Assembly (NCBI GenBank): GCA_049890295.1
Contig: JBMHBP010000018.1
Span: 1,911 to 65,910 of the forward strand
DNA from: Flavobacteriales bacterium
Lineage (GTDB): Bacteria > Bacteroidota > Bacteroidia > Flavobacteriales > UBA7312
Length of the DNA stretch: 64,000 bases
Direction of reading: 5' to 3'
In this document: piece by piece, positions 59,876-64,000 of the stretch
Position numbering within the stretch: position 1 is the stretch's first letter
Layout: the number at the start of each line of letters is the position of its first letter
Translations under genes and position numbers: made by a program
The notes under the pieces: model-generated
Databases searched by the model: none
Told to the model about the DNA's origin: nothing
Seen by the model: only the letters and a program-made list of their open reading frames with translations

Positions 59876-61174
59876 TTATAATTCTAAACTAATATCAACG
59901 CTGAGTTTATCGGCTATGATTCGGTTCAATTTTTGCTTTAGTTCTGGTATTTTTACGTTGCTAAGTACATCATTGGCAAAAGCATACATCAAAGTAGCTT
60001 GTGCCTCTTTGAATGGAATACCTCTTGATCGTAAATAGAATAAAGCCTCCTCGTCTAATTGGCCAATTGTGCAGCCATGACTACAAGCTACATCATCGGC
60101 ATATATTTCTAATTGCGGTTTAGTATCAATGGATGCCTCATCGGTCAATAACAAGTTGTTATTTGATTGGAAGGCATTGGTTTTTTGTGCATCGGGACGT
60201 ACCATTACTTTACCGTTGAATACCCCTTTGGCATTGTTGTCAAAAATACCTTTATATAATTCATTACTCAGGCAGTTGGGTACAGCATGATCAACCAGAG
60301 TGTGGTGATCGACCAGTTGATTTTCACCAATCAGTGTAACGCCTCGCATATTACTTTCAGCATACTGTCCATTTAGGGTAAAGCTGAGGTTATTTCTTAT
60401 GAACTTGCTGCCGAAACTAAAGGTATCAACGGTGCAGGTAGACTGCTTATCCTGGTTGACCCAGGTGTTATCTATTACTGAGCAATTACGTTGGTCATTT
60501 TGAATTTTGTAAAGATCAACAATGGAATCTTTGTGAGCAAAAATTTCTGTGACAACATTGGTAAACACGGATTTATTATCGGTGTTTTGATAACGTTCAG
60601 TGAGTTGTATTTGGCTATTTTCCTCTGCAATTATGATGTTGCGATTTTGTAAAAACACATCTTCTGAAATGCCATTGGTAAGATAGATAATTTGAATAGG
60701 CTTATCTACCACCATGCCTTTTGGAACATGTACAAAAGTACCATCTAAACACAAGGCATTATTTAGGGATACAAAACTGTCTGCTTGTTCAGGCACAGCC
60801 TTTCCCCAATATGCTTTGATAACCTCTGGGTATTGGTTTTCTGCTACTGACAATGGGCAAATCACGAATTTGGTAGTATCGATACTTGATAGTCCTTCAG
60901 AAAACTGCCCATTGACAAAAACCATGCAATAGGTATCAGTTTCAGTCAGGATGTATTCGCTTAATAGCTCTTTAGTAATCTCAGAGGGAGAGGTAGTCAG
61001 TTTGTAGTCATTTTTTAATATAGGTAATGGGTTAGTGTACTTCCATTCCTCGTCTTTTACTGTTGGAAACCCATTTTTTTCCAACTGCATGATACTTTGC
61101 TTGCGTAGATCTTGAAAAGATAAAGCCTTTTCATTATCGTAGTACGCCTTTATGAGTTTATCTTTGAATGTCAC
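59876..61174 (-). CDS. sufD: Fe-S cluster assembly protein SufD
   Basis: SufBD beta-helix C-terminal region (QLEIYADDVACSHGCTIGQLD); GTG start overlaps the sufC stop. Confidence 0.9.
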   Translation of the reverse strand: MTFKDKLIKAYYDNEKALSFQDLRKQSIMQLEKNGFPTVKDEEWKYTNPLPILKNDYKLTTSPSEITKELLSEYILTETDTYCMVFVNGQFSEGLSSIDTTKFVICPLSVAENQYPEVIKAYWGKAVPEQADSFVSLNNALCLDGTFVHVPKGMVVDKPIQIIYLTNGISEDVFLQNRNIIIAEENSQIQLTERYQNTDNKSVFTNVVTEIFAHKDSIVDLYKIQNDQRNCSVIDNTWVNQDKQSTCTVDTFSFGSKFIRNNLSFTLNGQYAESNMRGVTLIGENQLVDHHTLVDHAVPNCLSNELYKGIFDNNAKGVFNGKVMVRPDAQKTNAFQSNNNLLLTDEASIDTKPQLEIYADDVACSHGCTIGQLDEEALFYLRSRGIPFKEAQATLMYAFANDVLSNVKIPELKQKLNRIIADKLSVDISLEL

Positions 61175-61926
61175 AGTACTTGAGTTTCTTTAATGATCCA
61201 GTCGTAACCCTTTTCTTCTAGTTCTAGGGCTAAATCTTTATTGCCTGATTTTACTATTCTTCCATCGTGTAAAACGTGGACAAAATCTGGAACAATGTAA
61301 TCTAATAGACGTTGGTAGTGAGTTATGACTACAGTAGCGTTATCTTTTGTTCTAAGTTTGTTTACACCATTGGCAACTATTCGTAAGGCATCGATATCTA
61401 ATCCTGAGTCGGTTTCATCTAAAATAGCCAATTTAGGATTGAGCATGGCCATTTGAAAGATTTCGTTTCTCTTTTTTTCTCCGCCTGAAAACCCTTGATT
61501 TAGTGAGCGACTTAGAAATCCTTTTTTAATTTCAAGAAGCTCCATTTTTTCTCTCATCATTTTCAAAAGCTCTCCCGCCGGGATGGGTTCTAAACCTTGA
61601 GCTTTTCGGCTTTCATTGAGAGAAGTTTTTAAGAAATTGGAAACGGAAACCCCTGGTATTTCGATAGGGTATTGGAAGGATAGAAATACTCCCATGTGTG
61701 CACGTTCTTCGGGTGATAAGTCAATAATACTTTCTCCATTGAAAAAAATATCACCTCCTTGTACTTCGTATTCTTCTCTACCTGCAATGACGGACGAAAG
61801 GGTGCTTTTTCCTGATCCATTGGGACCCATTATAGCATGAACTTCTCCAGCATTTACACTTAGGTTAATTCCGTTAAGTATGTCATTGCCCTCTACTGAG
61901 GCCTTTAAATTTTCTACTTTTAACAT
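61171..61926 (-). CDS. sufC: Fe-S cluster assembly ATPase SufC
   Basis: Walker A GPNGSGKST, signature FSGGEKKR, Walker B LAILDETDSGLD. Confidence 0.95.
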   Translation of the reverse strand: MLKVENLKASVEGNDILNGINLSVNAGEVHAIMGPNGSGKSTLSSVIAGREEYEVQGGDIFFNGESIIDLSPEERAHMGVFLSFQYPIEIPGVSVSNFLKTSLNESRKAQGLEPIPAGELLKMMREKMELLEIKKGFLSRSLNQGFSGGEKKRNEIFQMAMLNPKLAILDETDSGLDIDALRIVANGVNKLRTKDNATVVITHYQRLLDYIVPDFVHVLHDGRIVKSGNKDLALELEEKGYDWIIKETQVL

Positions 61927-61938
61927 GTTATAGTTGAT

Positions 61939-63381
61939 TTATCCTACACTTCCTTCTAGACTTATGGCTAGAAGTTTTTGAGCTTCTACCGCAAACTCCA
62001 TAGGTAATTGGTTTAGTACGTCTTTACAATAGCCGTTGACAATAAGGGCGATGGCTTCTTCCGTGCCAATACCTCTTTGATTGCAATAAAATATTTGATC
62101 TTCACCTATCTTTGAAGTAGTAGCTTCATGTTCTATTTTAGCCGATTTGTTTTTTACTTCAATATATGGAAAGGTATGCGAACCGCATTTATCACCCATT
62201 AAGAGAGAATCGCATTGAGAAAAATTCCTAGCGTTATGTGCGTTTTTCTGAATTTTAACTAGTCCTCTGTAACTACCTTCGCTATTTCCGGCACAGATAC
62301 CTTTGGAGATGATGGTACTTTTAGTATTTTTTCCTAAATGAACCATTTTAGTTCCGGTGTCGGCTTGTTGGTAGTTATTGGTAACAGCTACTGAATAAAA
62401 TTCACCAATGGAATCATCGCCTTTTAAAATACATGAAGGGTATTTCCAAGTGACCGCTGAGCCGGTTTCTACTTGTGTCCATGAAATTTTTGCTCTATCG
62501 TGGCAAATACCTCGTTTAGTTACGAAGTTGAATACACCTCCGATACCATTAGCGTCGCCAGGGTACCAATTTTGAACGGTTGAGTATTTGATTTCAGCAT
62601 CGTCCATGGCAATGAGTTCAACTACAGCGGCATGCAGTTGGTTTTCGTCTCGCATGGGGGCTGTACACCCTTCCAAGTAGCTAACATAGCTGCCTTGGTC
62701 GGCAATGACTAGGGTTCGCTCAAATTGACCGGTTCCTGCTTGATTAATTCTAAAGTAGGTGGACAATTCCATGGGGCATTTGACCCCTTTGGGGATATAA
62801 CAAAACGATCCGTCGGTAAAAACGGCCGAATTGAGTGCTGAAAAGAAATTATCTGTAGTAGGAACAACGGTTCCTATATATTTTTTTACTAATTCGGGGT
62901 GTTCTTTGACAGCTTCGCTAATGGAACAAAAAATGATTCCTAACTCTGCTAATTTGTCTTTGAAACTAGTGGCCACTGAGACGCTGTCCATGACAAAGTC
63001 TACAGCGACACCGGCCAGTTTTTTTTGTTCGTCTATGGATATTCCGAGTTTATCAAAGGTTTTTTTCATCTCCGGATCTAACTCGTCCAAGCTGTTAAGT
63101 TGTTTCTTTTGCTTTGGGGCGGCGTAGTAGATAATATCTTGGTAGTCGGGTTTTTGATAGTTAATATTAGCCCAGTTAGGTTCGGCCATTTTTTGCCAAC
63201 TAGCAAATGCTTTTAAGCGAAAGTTCAGCATCCATTCTGGCTCTTCTTTCTTTTTTGAGATTAAGCGAATGGTGTCTTCATTCAATCCTTTTTGAATAGT
63301 GTCACTTTCGATATTTGTTGTGAATCCATATTTGTATTCACTATCGGTAACTTCTTTTAATATTTTATCTTCTTCTGTCAA
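61939..63381 (-). CDS. sufB: Fe-S cluster assembly protein SufB
   Basis: [12 protein letters not shown]...NEPEWM N-terminal region and SufBD core; TTG start in the ORF track. Confidence 0.93.
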   Translation of the reverse strand: MTEEDKILKEVTDSEYKYGFTTNIESDTIQKGLNEDTIRLISKKKEEPEWMLNFRLKAFASWQKMAEPNWANINYQKPDYQDIIYYAAPKQKKQLNSLDELDPEMKKTFDKLGISIDEQKKLAGVAVDFVMDSVSVATSFKDKLAELGIIFCSISEAVKEHPELVKKYIGTVVPTTDNFFSALNSAVFTDGSFCYIPKGVKCPMELSTYFRINQAGTGQFERTLVIADQGSYVSYLEGCTAPMRDENQLHAAVVELIAMDDAEIKYSTVQNWYPGDANGIGGVFNFVTKRGICHDRAKISWTQVETGSAVTWKYPSCILKGDDSIGEFYSVAVTNNYQQADTGTKMVHLGKNTKSTIISKGICAGNSEGSYRGLVKIQKNAHNARNFSQCDSLLMGDKCGSHTFPYIEVKNKSAKIEHEATTSKIGEDQIFYCNQRGIGTEEAIALIVNGYCKDVLNQLPMEFAVEAQKLLAISLEGSVG

Positions 63382-63392
63382 ATCTTATTCCT

Positions 63393-63722
63393 TTACAATG
63401 AAAAACTTTCCCCGCATCCACATGTTCTAGAGGCATTTGGGTTATTGAAAACAAACCCTTTACCATTTAGCCCACCAGAATATTCTAATATGGTACCAAT
63501 TAGGTATAGATAACTTTTTTTGTTTACAACAATTTTAATACCGTTATCTTCAAACGATTTATCGTCTTCTTTTTGTTCACTATCAAAGCCTAAATCGTAA
63601 GATAGCCCTGAACAACCACCACTATTTACGCCTACTCTTACAAAAGTCGATGTTGTATCATGACCTTCTTCACGAATAAGAGATATTAACTTTGACTTTG
63701 CTTGTTCGGTTATTTGTATCAC
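63393..63722 (-). CDS. sufA: Iron-sulfur cluster insertion protein (IscA/SufA/HesB family)
   Basis: GGCSG and C-terminal CGCGESF motifs; GTG start. Confidence 0.88.
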   Translation of the reverse strand: MIQITEQAKSKLISLIREEGHDTTSTFVRVGVNSGGCSGLSYDLGFDSEQKEDDKSFEDNGIKIVVNKKSYLYLIGTILEYSGGLNGKGFVFNNPNASRTCGCGESFSL

Positions 63723-63807
63723 TGTGTTTTTAAATGCATTTTATAACTGCAAAATTACAAAATATTATGCGTTTAATCATATCTAAATTTACCATTACAT
63801 TTGCACT

Positions 63808-64000
63808 ATGAGTTTATTAGAAGACAAAAGTCCAAAACGCACCCCTCTTTCTGATTTAGGGGAGTTTGGATTAATTGAACATTTATCAAAGAATTTCACC
63901 TCAGTACAAGGGTCAACTATCAAAGGTATTGGGGATGACTGTGCTGTTCTTGACTGGGGTGACAAGTACGGCCTAGTTACAACAGATATGTTAATTGAAG
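63808..64000 (+). CDS. thiL: Thiamine-monophosphate kinase, N-terminal fragment (runs off the window)
   Basis: LSDLGEFGLIEHL...GIGDDCAVL...VTTDMLIE matches the ThiL N-terminus. TACATTTG -7 box at 63796-63803 implies a very short or absent leader. Confidence 0.8.
   Translation, partial: MSLLEDKSPKRTPLSDLGEFGLIEHLSKNFTSVQGSTIKGIGDDCAVLDWGDKYGLVTTDMLIE

Noticed and set aside
406-62000. Many short antisense or out-of-frame ORFs in the track, for example 406-621, 2094-2315, 4593-4949, 7173-7391, 11745-12140, 17936-18193, 23897-24172, 24650-24910, 38594-38908, 44687-44962, 45236-45517, 47743-47976, 59109-59333, 61616-61840 and 62831-63127
   Set aside because: Each lies wholly inside, or antisense to, a long ORF with clear family motifs and has low-complexity or unrecognisable sequence. 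These are shadow ORFs typical of AT-rich DNA.
1-64000. Looked for CRISPR arrays, IS elements, integrases, phage genes, toxin-antitoxin pairs, restriction-modification or other defence systems, and rRNA
   Set aside because: None found. No repeat-spacer periodicity, no transposase or recombinase motifs in any long ORF, and no nuclease/methylase or other defence-type domain combinations that I could recognise.

Overview
AT-rich chromosomal segment that reads as a marine Bacteroidota (Flavobacteriia-type) genome. Support for this: T9SS and gliding genes (type-B cargo plus PorP/SprF, gldH), TAnnTTTG-type -7 promoter boxes, and the ileS-dksA/traR-lspA and gldH-ricT-holB blocks. I call about 60 CDS, one tRNA-Ala(GGC), several intrinsic terminators and two candidate small RNAs. 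I recognised no rRNA, CRISPR array, transposase, integrase or phage gene. Most of the window is housekeeping: ileS, lspA, asd, uvrC, gpsA, lysS, lipB, pgk, pheS, purF, PBP1A, holB, scoAB and a complete sufABCDSE operon. The accessory content is: (1) a PKD-repeat T9SS type-B cargo translationally coupled to a PorP/SprF gene; (2) a minus-strand block umuD-umuC-GNAT-neuA-neuB-neuC lying back-to-back with a green-tuned DTE proteorhodopsin plus blh; (3) a Fur-family regulator divergent from a TonB-dependent receptor, with a perfect 9-1-9 palindrome over the receptor promoter, followed by a His/Cys-rich lipoprotein and a second outer-membrane barrel; (4) a lower kynurenine pathway cluster (HAAO, ACMSD, aldehyde dehydrogenase, SDR). 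The observations I consider most likely to be undescribed are a tandem pair of about 201-bp units at 22650-23047, each ending in a conserved, terminator-capped ~88-nt candidate sRNA, and a bacterial Kunitz/BPTI-like lipoprotein at 15563-15802. All calls come from reading the sequence and the supplied translations. No database search was run.
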